The notes beneath the pieces are model-generated. The model did no database searches. It was not told the DNA's origin and worked only from the letters and a program-made list of their open reading frames with translations. A DNA stretch of 64,000 nt from IMG/VR virus record IMGVR_UViG_3300009093_000038, one strand, 5' to 3'. Within the stretch, counting starts at the first letter, position 1. Every line of letters begins with the position of its first letter. Origin of the DNA: an uncultured virus (IMG/VR IMGVR_UViG_3300009093_000038). Lineage: Duplodnaviria > Heunggongvirae > Uroviricota > Caudoviricetes. Made by a program: the position numbers and the translations under genes. Shown one piece after another: positions 1 through 10,015 of the stretch.

Positions 1-411
1 GACATCCTGTTCATTGGCGGCAAAGGGTCTCGGGAAAAGACTATCGACCGAATGGTGGCCGAGGCTGGCATGACGTACGGCTACGGCATCACGGGAGCGT
101 CTTACATCGACGCTCTGCGCCGGACCAAGATCGGATTCAACAAAAATCTCTCCTGGGACATCAACTACCGGACGTTTGAGACTATCGCGTGCGGAGCTTG
201 CCTCTTGACCGAGCGGGATTGGGACCTGGAAAAGCTCGGTTTCGTTGACGGAAAGAATTGTGTTCTTTACGAGAGCGACAGCGGGGCGGTCGAGCGGACC
301 AAAGACCTGCTTGGCAGTGGACAATGGCAAGGAATTGCTCGCGGCGGTTTGGAGCTGGCTAAGAGGCACAGCTACACGGAACGAATAAAATTACTGATCG
401 GTCATCTATGA
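1..411 (+). CDS. Glycosyltransferase (GT-B, CgeB/Glyco_trans_1_2-like), 5'-truncated by window
   Basis: Frame open from base 1; motifs KIGFN, NYRTFETIACGACLLT, HSYTERIK typical of this C-terminal domain. Confidence 0.75.
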   Translation, partial: DILFIGGKGSREKTIDRMVAEAGMTYGYGITGASYIDALRRTKIGFNKNLSWDINYRTFETIACGACLLTERDWDLEKLGFVDGKNCVLYESDSGAVERTKDLLGSGQWQGIARGGLELAKRHSYTERIKLLIGHL

Positions 412-1124
412 ATAAAACCTGTGTTATCAATTTTGCAAAGGGCGCGTGGTATCCTCGTGGCCAGGCGCGCCTGGGCCAGTCTCTGAAGGATGTTGGCTAC
501 GACGGAGACTATTACCCCTGGAACGATGAGCGGACGCTTTTGGTGCCTCCGCATGAGATGCAGCCGTATGCCTTCAAGATCGGTGCTTTCCAGGAGGCCA
601 AGCGCCTCGGTTATCGAAGGATTCTCTGGTGCGACGCCGCCGTCTTTGCCATCAAGTCCATTCAGCCGATCTTCGATCACATCGAGCGCGAGGGTCACCT
701 TTTTTTCCAGAGCGGATTCAACTGCGCCCAGTGGACGAGCGACGTGTGCCTGAACACCATGGGCGTCAGCCGGGACGAGGCGGAGAAGATGACCATGTAC
801 ATGGCGTGCTGCATGGGTCTCAATCTCGATCATCCACGGTCAGTCGAGTTCCTGGATCGTCTGACGCATTACTCCATGACCGGCGTCTGCCTGCCGGGCG
901 CTTGGCGCAACGAGAATCACGAAGTCTCGATGGACCCGCGCTGCCAGGGCCACCGTCATGACCAGAGCATCGGCAGCATTGTGGCCGCGCAGCTTGGCAT
1001 GGAGGTCATTGTGGCGCATCACAGCTATTTCGCCTATTACACGAAAGGCGTTTATCAATACGGACAACCAAACGATATGACGGACATCAAAGACAGTGTC
1101 GTCATGCTAACACAAGGAATGTAA
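408..1124 (+). CDS. Putative nucleotide-sugar transferase (GT-A-like)
   Basis: ILWCDAAV and HRHDQS motifs; ATGA overlap with upstream GT. Confidence 0.5.
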   Translation: MNKTCVINFAKGAWYPRGQARLGQSLKDVGYDGDYYPWNDERTLLVPPHEMQPYAFKIGAFQEAKRLGYRRILWCDAAVFAIKSIQPIFDHIEREGHLFFQSGFNCAQWTSDVCLNTMGVSRDEAEKMTMYMACCMGLNLDHPRSVEFLDRLTHYSMTGVCLPGAWRNENHEVSMDPRCQGHRHDQSIGSIVAAQLGMEVIVAHHSYFAYYTKGVYQYGQPNDMTDIKDSVVMLTQGM

Positions 1125-1130
1125 ACAATT

Positions 1131-1742
1131 ATGGGCGTCGTACCTCACAGTCTCAGAATGCTTCAGACCCACATCGGCAGTGTGGGCGGTTTTAACGGAT
1201 GCCGGATGCTCGAACTGGGTGATCAGCAGATGTACTGTCATCACAACATCCCGGAAGCCAGCGCCGCGAAGTCCTACTTCGAGCAGCTTGGAGTGAAGCA
1301 CACGTCCGTTGACCTCAACGGGGAACTGGGCGCATTGCCGCTCAATCTTTCCACGCGGATCGACAACATTGACGGTGAAAACCTCTTTGATGTGGTCACT
1401 GATTTCGGCACTAGCGAGCACGTCGGGCCGGAAGTGAAGCACTTGCACGCCTGCCGCGAGAACGTTCACCGGTTCTGCCGACCGGGTGGCCTGATGATTT
1501 TCATGAACCCGAAGATCGGCAACTGGCCGGGCCATGGGTATCACTATTTCACGCTCCAGCACTATGCCAGCCTGGCCGCCGCCATGGGTTACACCATACT
1601 GGAGATTTCAGAACACCCGACTCTTGGAAACTCGGTCGATGGGTGGCAGATTCATGCTGCCCTGCTGAAGAACGGCGACGCGCCCTTCGTCAGCCTGGAA
1701 CAGTTTGATCAGCTTTGTCAGGGGACGGTGTTTCGGAAATGA
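1131..1742 (+). CDS. SAM-dependent methyltransferase-like protein
   Basis: MLELGDQ, SVDLNG, FDVVTDFGTSEHV, RPGGLMI motifs. Confidence 0.7.
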   Translation: MGVVPHSLRMLQTHIGSVGGFNGCRMLELGDQQMYCHHNIPEASAAKSYFEQLGVKHTSVDLNGELGALPLNLSTRIDNIDGENLFDVVTDFGTSEHVGPEVKHLHACRENVHRFCRPGGLMIFMNPKIGNWPGHGYHYFTLQHYASLAAAMGYTILEISEHPTLGNSVDGWQIHAALLKNGDAPFVSLEQFDQLCQGTVFRK

Positions 1743-2265
1743 CCGGTGCGTCCACCACGCGGGATTTCACAAAGTAAATCTCCATCCAGCGGAAGACGTA
1801 GTCGATCACTGAGGATGCGTTCCTGATCTCGGGGTTTCCGGTGAAGCCAGAAGGTTCAAAGCGCTGATGAGAGAACTTCTTGGCCAGCGTCTCGATGCTG
1901 ACGCCGTATTGAAGGGACAGGCTGGTGAGTGTGCCGATGGTATCCATCAGTCCGCCGATAGTTGATCCCTCCTTGGCCATGGTGACAAACAGCTCACCGG
2001 GTGAACCGTCTTCGAACATCCCCACGGTCATGTAGCCCTCGTGACCGGCGATGCTGAACTTGTGAGTGACGGCGTGGCGGCTGTCCGGCAGACGACGGCG
2101 CACTGGCTGACCGATCTTGGCCTTGGCCTGTTCCAGTTCCTCTCCTGCCTTCGCCAGAGCTTCCCCGCCTTTGATCATGCAAAGAGCCAGGGAGTCTTTA
2201 GCTTCTTGAAGTTCTTTCGCGGCCTGCTCGTAGCTGGCCTTCCAATTCATGCGTCGTTTTGCCAT
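1690..2265 (-). CDS. Stand-alone TSCPD-type domain (C-terminal module of class II ribonucleotide reductase) with N-terminal coiled coil
   Basis: RRRLPDSRHAVTHKFSIAGHEGY..GELF..KEGST..RFEPSG..SVIDY resembles the NrdJ C-terminal domain. Confidence 0.8.
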   Translation of the reverse strand: MAKRRMNWKASYEQAAKELQEAKDSLALCMIKGGEALAKAGEELEQAKAKIGQPVRRRLPDSRHAVTHKFSIAGHEGYMTVGMFEDGSPGELFVTMAKEGSTIGGLMDTIGTLTSLSLQYGVSIETLAKKFSHQRFEPSGFTGNPEIRNASSVIDYVFRWMEIYFVKSRVVDAPVISETPSPDKADQTVPG

Positions 2266-2281
2266 GCCGAGAAGAACAAGA

Positions 2282-4624
2282 TTAGTCGATCTCGTTATTC
2301 AGGATCACGTCGCCAATACGAAGGAGTGTTGTCTCGATGGCGTTCACGACCGCAGACGTGTTGCCCGGAGTCTCCAAGGCAACACGATTGACAGCAGTCA
2401 CACCGGAGATGGACTGGATCACGGCGGTAATGTTCGAGGCTGAGCCGATGATGCCGGGAATCTTGGTGCCGTAGATCGAGCTGCCCACGGCCAGGCCGTT
2501 CCCCCAGGCTTCGATGGCTGAGCGAATCTCCCTCCGCTTGGATTGGGATGTGTCGCCAGAATAGCCGACATAAATGTTTACGAAATTATCTGAAGCGTAG
2601 CCCACGATGGGGATGAGCTTCATGCTGAGATCGCCGGGCGCGCCGATGATGTAAAGGTTGATCTGGCCGGTCAGCAGGTTCACGGTGGATGGATAGTTGT
2701 CCACGTCGGCACTGATGTTCGGACCGAGCACCTGCGCGGTGCCAGGCAGAATGCCGGGAACGACCGTGAGCTGGTTGATCCCGAGGAACAGGCTGAAGGA
2801 CCACGCCTGGATCGGAAATACTGGCATCTGGGCCGTGTAAAGGCTCACGTTCGCGTTGTCCACGGAGCTGAATGCCGGGTTGCCTGCGCCATTTTTCGTC
2901 AGAGCATAGGAGAAGTTCGAGTCAGGCGGCGTGAACAGTTCCAGTGAATTGGCGGGGAATAAGTCGCCTGTCGGAGTCGCAAGTATAAGGTTATCAACAC
3001 CATTCACGGTGGTTAATGCACTGAATAACTTGGAATAAATCACGGCTTGGCCAGGCAGCAGGAGGTCCACGAAGCTGAGTAGCGCGCTCTGCATCTGGAT
3101 GGTGGTGTCAGCCACGTCGATATTATCGAGCACTTTGAAGCGAAGGCTGATGGGCAACGGGACTGCTGTGCCATCGCCGATCTCGACTTGGTCGGTGCCC
3201 ACGGCCTTGGTCTGCATGAAGTCTTGCAGGGCCAGCTTTTGCAGCGGAGTGAGAGTGATGAGCGAGCCGTTGGGACCAGAGACCCACGGATAAATGAACA
3301 CGATGTTTCCTTCGAGGAAGGAGTTCTCGGTCCGCACCACGGCGCGGGCAAAGGCGATTCCAGGGAAGGACATCGCGATGGTCTGGTAGTCTTCCAGGGT
3401 CACGGCTCGGTCGTTGGCACGGCTGGCCGCAGGAATGTTGATGCGCGCCTGTTCCAGGGTTTCTGCATCCTGGCCGCCGCTGCCGACTCCGGTTTGGTTT
3501 GTGACCTGAATGGTGATCGGGCTGGTGGTGGAGGACAACAGCCCCGTGATCGAAGTGTTGATCGAGTTCAGGGAGATGTTGCCAGCGCTGCCGCCGCCTA
3601 CTCGATAGGTCACAGTGATGACGGAATTCGTAGGCACTGCCGCGCCGAACGTGCCGTCACCAAAGACCACGAGGGGCTGACCTGACGGTGTCGTCTTAAA
3701 AATGAAGTCGTTCGCGTCGGCTGCCGATTTCGCGAAGCTGTTCACCTGGTTCCAGACATCACCGTTCACGGTGACTTGGACGGACCCTTCGATGACCGGG
3801 GTTGTGCCAAGCATCACCACATACGACGGCGAGTTGTTCGCAGGCGAAGTGAAGTCATCCGTGACGGTTAATCCCTGCACGCACAGGATGCGCTGATCGT
3901 ACACCTGGCCGGTGACAGTCGCGGTCGAAGCGCCAGCGTAAGCTGTCGCGAGCACGAGCCGGTTGTTGCTGACTGCGCCAGGAGATGCCTGAATGTCCTG
4001 AATGATGTAGGTGGTAGTTTCGCCGGTGACCTGGAAAATTTGACCGGCCTGAACGTATTGTGTGAGGTCGATGGTGGTGTCCAACAGGTCGGCGTTCGAG
4101 GAACCGGGTGTCACCAGGATGAACGTGGACAGAACTTTAGGACCAGAAATCGTTGGCGAAATGGTGACGATCTGGGTGATGGGTGTTGTCTGTCCTGCCT
4201 GGATCACGTAGTCCTGGGCCACTTCGAAGGAGATGGAGGTCGTGTCGCCGGTACCGGTACTGCGGATCACGGTGCCTTTCGAGATGGTGACGGTCGCACT
4301 GGCTTGCGGTTGGCTGATGCTGGCTTCGCAAGAAACGGAGGCCGCCGTTGGGCCACGCAGTTGGTATCCGATCAGGCTGCCGAGGTTGACTGCCGATTCC
4401 CGTAACGTCATCGTGTTGATGAAGTTCTCGCCTGCCGCCCGGTTGACCAGAAAAGCGACCGTGGCAATCGACCAGGCCATGATGTCCACCAGGACGATGC
4501 CGAAGGAATTATTGAGGAAGTCGTTCCAAACCCGTGGGTAACGCGCACGAATGCGCTGGAGCAGAGCGTCCTTCTGCGCCTGAAAATCAACCTGGATGTA
4601 CCGTAACGTATTTGGCGTCGCCAT
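2282..4624 (-). CDS. Baseplate wedge protein (T4 gp6 / baseplate J-like)
   Basis: N-terminal DFQAQKDALL..WNDF..ENFINT..RES; FGDG; YRVGGG; GGQDAET..RAVTLEDY. Confidence 0.85.
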   Translation of the reverse strand: MATPNTLRYIQVDFQAQKDALLQRIRARYPRVWNDFLNNSFGIVLVDIMAWSIATVAFLVNRAAGENFINTMTLRESAVNLGSLIGYQLRGPTAASVSCEASISQPQASATVTISKGTVIRSTGTGDTTSISFEVAQDYVIQAGQTTPITQIVTISPTISGPKVLSTFILVTPGSSNADLLDTTIDLTQYVQAGQIFQVTGETTTYIIQDIQASPGAVSNNRLVLATAYAGASTATVTGQVYDQRILCVQGLTVTDDFTSPANNSPSYVVMLGTTPVIEGSVQVTVNGDVWNQVNSFAKSAADANDFIFKTTPSGQPLVVFGDGTFGAAVPTNSVITVTYRVGGGSAGNISLNSINTSITGLLSSTTSPITIQVTNQTGVGSGGQDAETLEQARINIPAASRANDRAVTLEDYQTIAMSFPGIAFARAVVRTENSFLEGNIVFIYPWVSGPNGSLITLTPLQKLALQDFMQTKAVGTDQVEIGDGTAVPLPISLRFKVLDNIDVADTTIQMQSALLSFVDLLLPGQAVIYSKLFSALTTVNGVDNLILATPTGDLFPANSLELFTPPDSNFSYALTKNGAGNPAFSSVDNANVSLYTAQMPVFPIQAWSFSLFLGINQLTVVPGILPGTAQVLGPNISADVDNYPSTVNLLTGQINLYIIGAPGDLSMKLIPIVGYASDNFVNIYVGYSGDTSQSKRREIRSAIEAWGNGLAVGSSIYGTKIPGIIGSASNITAVIQSISGVTAVNRVALETPGNTSAVVNAIETTLLRIGDVILNNEID

Positions 4625-4631
4625 GATCTAA

Positions 4632-4829
4632 CTACGGGACGAGGATGCGCTCCAGGTACTCCGAAACCTTCTCGTCATCTCCCTCCAAGAGTGCCCGTTG
4701 TGCCCGACACAGGTTAAGGAGAGTTCGTTGGGCGTCCTGCAAAGCCTCGTTGTTTTTGAGGATACGCATGGCGTTCAAAACTGCTACGCACTGTTTTTCC
4801 AAACTCGTTCTTTGATTGGTGACTGCCAT
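4632..4829 (-). CDS. Hypothetical protein (65 aa)
   Basis: Start re-called at ATG 4829, 6 nt after GTTCTT motif. Confidence 0.5.
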   Translation of the reverse strand: MAVTNQRTSLEKQCVAVLNAMRILKNNEALQDAQRTLLNLCRAQRALLEGDDEKVSEYLERILVP

Positions 4830-4845
4830 GCAGCTAAGAACCGAT

Positions 4846-5253
4846 TCACAGTTTGAAAATCCCGTTCGGTCCGGTATCCCAGTGAATGACCACGTCTCCG
4901 CCTTGAGGGTTCCAGGGCAAACCGTTGCCGGTGTCGAGGTAGCAGACGAGGGTTGACGTGCTCTCGTTGCCCGTGTCTTTGAAAACGATGAAAGCGCCAA
5001 TTAACGGGCCAGTGACTGCGTTGAGAGTGATGTTCGAGGCCAGGGCGACTCCGTTGTTGGCGGTTTTGCCGGTGAGAGCGCCGGAGATCGCGATGCGGGC
5101 TGATAGCGGCACGTCCGAGAGCGAGTGATGGACATCTTTCAGAAAAGTGTAGTTGGCCGTGTTTACCAGCAAAACCTTAAAGGTGTTGTTGATCCAATCA
5201 ATTTGTCCCGAGAGGAACTGCTGATTGGCGAATGTGTAGCGCTCGTTCGACAT
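4846..5253 (-). CDS. Putative virion structural protein
   Basis: IDW..TFKVLLV..LTGKT..WDTGPNGIFKL style of phage structural proteins; GTAGTTA motif upstream. Confidence 0.55.
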   Translation of the reverse strand: MSNERYTFANQQFLSGQIDWINNTFKVLLVNTANYTFLKDVHHSLSDVPLSARIAISGALTGKTANNGVALASNITLNAVTGPLIGAFIVFKDTGNESTSTLVCYLDTGNGLPWNPQGGDVVIHWDTGPNGIFKL

Positions 5254-5309
5254 GCCATAACTACCGAATTAAACTTGTTTACGAAATTTAGTTCTGTTGG
5301 AATCAAGAT

Positions 5310-6962
5310 ATGATTGCGGAGCAAAACACGGCAGGCATCATGAGGCACTTCGTCCTTAAAGAGCCTCGGATCAAGCAGATTACTGCGGTCCAGTACGTTG
5401 AGAAGAAGTACCAGGAGGGTTTTCGCGACATCGTGATCGCCGCGCCGACCGGCGTGGGCAAGTCCGCCATTGGGAGTTCGATCTGTTTCTGGTCTCAGGA
5501 CCTGGTCGTCGAGGGTTTCGAGCCGGGCGGCTATTACCTGGTGACGCAAAAGCTGCTCCAGGACCAGCTCCAGAACGATTTCAAGAATTACATCATCCCC
5601 AACCCGCTCTCGACCTGCCAGAATTTGAAGTCAGCGTCAGAATACCCGTGCCGAGCCTTTGGCACCTGCGGTATCGGCGGCAAGCACAATCCCCGGTGCG
5701 CTGCCATCAAGATGAACGCCTGCGGTTACAAGATTCAAAAGAATCGTTGGCAGAATGCGCTTTTGTCGGTGACCAACTACCCTTACATGTTCACTGAGCA
5801 CACCATGGCGGGCAACCTGCCGCCGCGCCGGGTGCTGGTGCTTGATGAGTGCCACACGCTGGAGCGCCAGATACTGGGTTTCATTGAGCTGTCGGTCACG
5901 GAGGAATCGCTGAGAAAATGGGCACCGTCCATCAAGCAGGTCCCCAAGTTTAGCGGCGTCGAGGAATTTGCCGACTTTGTCATTGATGAATACCTGCCGT
6001 TTATCGAACGCCGTCTTCAGACGCTGGCTGCCTGGGAGCCGACCGACGATTCCGCCGAGGACAGAAAGATCGCCCAGGAAAAGATGGAAATTGAGAACCA
6101 CTGGGGCAAGGTCTATCGCGGTTCCAACCTCATCAAAGAGGACCCTAAAAACTGGGTGCTGAACCAGGAGAATAACCGGCGCGGAGAGGCCGAAGCGGTG
6201 GCCAAGCCCTTGGATGCCTCCCCTTTCAGTCAAGACCTTCTCCTCGAAATGGGTCACGTTCGCGTTTACATGTCAGCCTTCCCAGGATCGAAACGGATAT
6301 TCTGTCGGAGCTTGGGTCTTGACGAGGAGAAGACGGCATGGCTGAACTTAAACAGCACCTTCCCGGTCGAGAATCGGCGCATCTACATGACCATGGTAGG
6401 GTCGATGAGCAAGCGCAACCGTGAAGGCACGATGCCCGGCTTTTTCGCTTTCACGAAGAAGATTCTGGAGTCCTACCGTGACACGAAGGGCATCATCCAC
6501 TGCAACAGCTATGAGCTTGGCAAGTCGATCTACGAGGGGTTAAGAGGGACACCGGATCATCGCCGCCTGCTTTTTCCAGAAACCTCGGATGCTCGTGATG
6601 AAATGTTCCTGCGGCACAAGAATTCCAAAGAGCCGACCGTCATTCTCAGCCCGTCCATGACCGAGGGTTTCGATTTTTCCTACGATCTTGCGCGCTGGCA
6701 GATCATAGCGAAGATTCCTTACCCTTATCTCGGCGACCAGCAGGTGGCCGCGAAGAAGGAATTGGATCAGGACTGGTACGACCTTCAGGCTGTCATGTCC
6801 ATTATCCAAGCCTGCGGTCGTATTGTACGATCGGACAGCGATGTCGGCGACACCTACATTCTCGATAGCGATTTCCTGGCGCTGTGGGAGAAACAGCAGC
6901 ACATGTTCCCCCGCTGGTGGACGGAAGCTGTGGTGTGGCCTCCACGTAAGCCCAGGCAGTAA
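5310..6962 (+). CDS. DinG/XPD-family SF2 helicase
   Basis: APTGVGKS Walker A, Cys cluster (Fe-S), DECH, TEGFDF, QACGRIVRS. Confidence 0.9.
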   Translation: MIAEQNTAGIMRHFVLKEPRIKQITAVQYVEKKYQEGFRDIVIAAPTGVGKSAIGSSICFWSQDLVVEGFEPGGYYLVTQKLLQDQLQNDFKNYIIPNPLSTCQNLKSASEYPCRAFGTCGIGGKHNPRCAAIKMNACGYKIQKNRWQNALLSVTNYPYMFTEHTMAGNLPPRRVLVLDECHTLERQILGFIELSVTEESLRKWAPSIKQVPKFSGVEEFADFVIDEYLPFIERRLQTLAAWEPTDDSAEDRKIAQEKMEIENHWGKVYRGSNLIKEDPKNWVLNQENNRRGEAEAVAKPLDASPFSQDLLLEMGHVRVYMSAFPGSKRIFCRSLGLDEEKTAWLNLNSTFPVENRRIYMTMVGSMSKRNREGTMPGFFAFTKKILESYRDTKGIIHCNSYELGKSIYEGLRGTPDHRRLLFPETSDARDEMFLRHKNSKEPTVILSPSMTEGFDFSYDLARWQIIAKIPYPYLGDQQVAAKKELDQDWYDLQAVMSIIQACGRIVRSDSDVGDTYILDSDFLALWEKQQHMFPRWWTEAVVWPPRKPRQ

Positions 6963-7014
6963 TTGTTTACATTTTTGCTGATCACCATGCGACGTAGTTA
7001 GGGCAACCGACTTT

Positions 7015-8268
7015 ATGTCTAAGAAAAAAGATTTGCTGAGCTACCTGTTTTTCGAATCGGCGGAAAGTGATTCGACAGAATCGGAGAAAGGTGAGCTGGA
7101 CATCGCTGAAAACCTTGACCAGTTGTTCGAGGCCGCTGCCGAGCTGGAAAAGGGCGAGTTGGAGTCCAAGAAGACCCCGTTGGCCAAGGCGCTCAGTGAG
7201 TTCGGCATCAGCGACGCTGACCTCCAGCTCGATCCCGAGGGCTTCGCCATTGTTACGGACAATCACCAGGCTTACACCGACATGGTCACCGTGCTGACCT
7301 CGGCGGATGCCATGCACAAGCTGGCCGAGATGGGTTGGGTGGTCACCAAGCCGGGCGACGTGGCGATGACCAACGAACCGGCCCAGTATCATCTCCGTTT
7401 CCTGGAGATCGTGACAGTCGATCAGAATGACCGCGAGCCGAAGCCGGGCTATGACGACAAGAATCGCGAGGAGGTCATCAAGAAGGCTCAGGAATTCGCG
7501 ACCGCGCCGATGGAGCGTGACGATGACGATTTGAATCCTGTCGAAAATGGCGATGGGAAGATGAGCAAGAAGAACGTGGGCCTCGGCAAAGCCAAGGACG
7601 GCGAGGAGCCGGAAAAGGCCATTCACGATGCTCTGAAGCAGGGTGACATCGACGCCGTGTTGGAAATGACCACCACCGGCAGCATGGGCACCGCGACGCC
7701 GCAAGGCCAGCCGTTTGTCGGCATGGTGAAAAAGCCCAAGCCCTACGGCAAAGGCACGCCCTTCAAAACACCCGGCCAGTGGACGGTGAAACAGCCGGTG
7801 GTGAAGGAGCAGGTGAAGCGCAAAGTTCGCAGTGAAGCCACTGAAGCTGACGAGCAGGCAGCAGAAGCATTTTTGAAGGAGGCGGGTCCTGGTGAGGAAG
7901 CTCGGGGTGATTTTCGTGAGCGTCACGCCGCAGGCGATCAGGACGCCATTAACCAGGGTGAACAGGATAACCCGATGGGCGACGAAGGCAGTGAGCAGGA
8001 AGCCTATCAGGATATGCAGGCCGATCTCGAAAGCGGCGAGTGCGTCGTCTTCAGTGACCGGCGCGCCAGCGGTCCGACTGAGGTCATGTTCGGACGCGAG
8101 CAGCTTGGAACCATTCCAGGAACTTTTGACGACATCGAGCAGGCGCTGGCCGCTGTGAATGCCAAAATGGAGGAGGAAGGTTTCTTCCCCAACATTTATC
8201 ACATTAACGACCACGGCAATGTTTCGCTGTGGGACCAGCACGGCAACACGATTCAAGGTTGGGTTTAA
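7015..8268 (+). CDS. Acidic putative head/internal virion protein
   Basis: Very acidic; multiple [LIVF]xE-[SAM] motifs; GTAGTTA upstream. Confidence 0.5.
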   Translation: MSKKKDLLSYLFFESAESDSTESEKGELDIAENLDQLFEAAAELEKGELESKKTPLAKALSEFGISDADLQLDPEGFAIVTDNHQAYTDMVTVLTSADAMHKLAEMGWVVTKPGDVAMTNEPAQYHLRFLEIVTVDQNDREPKPGYDDKNREEVIKKAQEFATAPMERDDDDLNPVENGDGKMSKKNVGLGKAKDGEEPEKAIHDALKQGDIDAVLEMTTTGSMGTATPQGQPFVGMVKKPKPYGKGTPFKTPGQWTVKQPVVKEQVKRKVRSEATEADEQAAEAFLKEAGPGEEARGDFRERHAAGDQDAINQGEQDNPMGDEGSEQEAYQDMQADLESGECVVFSDRRASGPTEVMFGREQLGTIPGTFDDIEQALAAVNAKMEEEGFFPNIYHINDHGNVSLWDQHGNTIQGWV

Positions 8269-8867
8269 TGAAGACCTTTCACGATTACGAAAGCATGGGA
8301 GCGGTGCAGGGCATCGAGAACGTTGAAGTTCCGGTGCTCGAAACGCTTTCCGGCAGCCAGGTTTCTTCCTGGTACACCATGATCGAGGACTTTCTCCAGC
8401 GGAAGCTCGACGATCAGGAAGCGGCGCGCAATCACGAGAACGCTGATCGGCTGCGCGCACTGCTGAACACGTGGCGTGAGAACGAACTGACTGGCTCTGT
8501 CAGCATTGACGATCTCAAGCCTCTCAAGGCGGCTGTCGAACAGGGCGCGGCTATCAAGTCGCCATTGCGCTCGATCTATACTTCTCTCCTGCGCAGCCTG
8601 CGCAAGCTGATCGCTGACGAGGAACAACTCCCGCGTGGCGTTGACACTGACGCTGTCAATCCGATGGCAGGTGGCCTCGGTCGTGGCGCGCCGCCCATGA
8701 GTCCTGACTTCGGCCCCGAGGAAAATCCTCCAGGTGATCTCGAACCTGGAGCGGAAGGTGAGCCAGGCGCTGAAGGCGGTCTCGAAATGCCTGGAGATGA
8801 TTTGGGTGCTGAAAAAGCTGTTACCGCTGCCGGGAACGAACCTCTCGGTGGCAAACCCCGTAGATAA
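8268..8867 (+). CDS. Hypothetical (putative virion) protein
   Basis: TAATG coupling; acidic Pro/Gly/Glu tail. Confidence 0.55.
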   Translation: MKTFHDYESMGAVQGIENVEVPVLETLSGSQVSSWYTMIEDFLQRKLDDQEAARNHENADRLRALLNTWRENELTGSVSIDDLKPLKAAVEQGAAIKSPLRSIYTSLLRSLRKLIADEEQLPRGVDTDAVNPMAGGLGRGAPPMSPDFGPEENPPGDLEPGAEGEPGAEGGLEMPGDDLGAEKAVTAAGNEPLGGKPRR

Positions 8868-8870
8868 GGT

Positions 8871-9497
8871 ATGACGAAAAACGAAATTGCAAAAGTGATC
8901 CTGGAGCGCCGCGCTCGCATGACGCATGTCGTGCTGCCAGGGGAAATCAATGCCGCCATCGGTGCGGACGGTGTTTCCGAAGCTCTGCGTGATCGCTGGC
9001 TGATCCCGGATACGGATTCGGGCTACCTCTGCGTCACCAACGAACCGTCCAAAATCCAGGAGATGGTGGAACTCGCTGGCTCCAAGCCCGAGGACGCGTT
9101 GAAGCCTGCTGCCATCGTGGTCACAGACAGCCATGATCTTTCGCTGGCGCACACCAAGCGCCGCAACGTCATCCAGGAGATCGCCGCCCCGATGACCGGC
9201 CAGCCGTCGCCAGGTCTTTCCTCTGTGTCGCAGCCGCAAGCACCCCAGGCCCCGGCGCAGCCTTCCACCGGCGCTCCTGGTCTCTCGGTCGGCTCCTCCG
9301 TCACAGTGGCGCGCCAGGGCGTGGCTGCCAACGGAGTGATCGAAAAGCTTTTGCCTGATGGCCGCTACTCGGTGGGCTACGGCGCTGACGTGAAGACGAA
9401 GCCGCCCGGCGACAATGTTTTCTCCAAGGACGAAATGACCATCGTTCCTGGAAGTCCGCAACGTCCCGCTGCTCCGGCTGCTGCGCCTGTCGCATGA
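8871..9497 (+). CDS. Hypothetical (putative virion) protein with C-terminal SH3-like domain
   Basis: LSVGSSVTV..GVIEKLLPDGRYSV pattern; N-terminal IAKVILE. Confidence 0.5.
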   Translation: MTKNEIAKVILERRARMTHVVLPGEINAAIGADGVSEALRDRWLIPDTDSGYLCVTNEPSKIQEMVELAGSKPEDALKPAAIVVTDSHDLSLAHTKRRNVIQEIAAPMTGQPSPGLSSVSQPQAPQAPAQPSTGAPGLSVGSSVTVARQGVAANGVIEKLLPDGRYSVGYGADVKTKPPGDNVFSKDEMTIVPGSPQRPAAPAAAPVA

Positions 9498-10015
9498 CTC
9501 AAGCCGATAAAATTGTAAAGGCCGTCCTGGAGGTCGAAGAAGGTGACGAAGAAAATCTGCAAGACCTCCTTGGGCACGACTACGCGCTCGCTGAACCCGT
9601 TCCCCAGGGGCTGCCTGCTGAAGTAGATGTTCACGACCGATGGAAGGACGTGAAGATCGGTGATGTTCATTTCTGCATCTCCTACCTGACTCCGGTCGCT
9701 GTTTACCGACCCGGCCTGTCGGTCTTTTTAACCGATAAGCAATGGTCCAGCTCGACCTCGAACCACATCAGAAAGTGGTACAATATGCTTCTGAGTCCGC
9801 CCACCGGCGAATACTCGTACAAGCAAATTCGAAAAGAATCCAGCACCATGCCGCAGAGCGAGCTGACTGAGCTGTTCCGCAAGCAGAGCCGCAAAGCTCT
9901 GTGGACCAAGAAACAGTCCAGGCAGATTGAACGATTGCCGAGCAACATGGAGCGGCCTCTCAAGAGTGGCCACGAAGAACGAGTTAGCGTCCAGCCGCAC
10001 GAGCCTGAAGAATAG
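9494..10015 (+). CDS. Hypothetical putative internal protein (ISYLTPVA..WS..T..HI domain)
   Basis: Paralogous to the N-terminal domain of the next gene. Confidence 0.6.
   Translation: MTQADKIVKAVLEVEEGDEENLQDLLGHDYALAEPVPQGLPAEVDVHDRWKDVKIGDVHFCISYLTPVAVYRPGLSVFLTDKQWSSSTSNHIRKWYNMLLSPPTGEYSYKQIRKESSTMPQSELTELFRKQSRKALWTKKQSRQIERLPSNMERPLKSGHEERVSVQPHEPEE

Noticed and set aside
6982..9461. Long reverse-strand ORFs (492 aa, 398 aa) and similar shadows elsewhere
   Set aside because: They are antisense shadows of GC3-biased real genes, with no motifs or start signals
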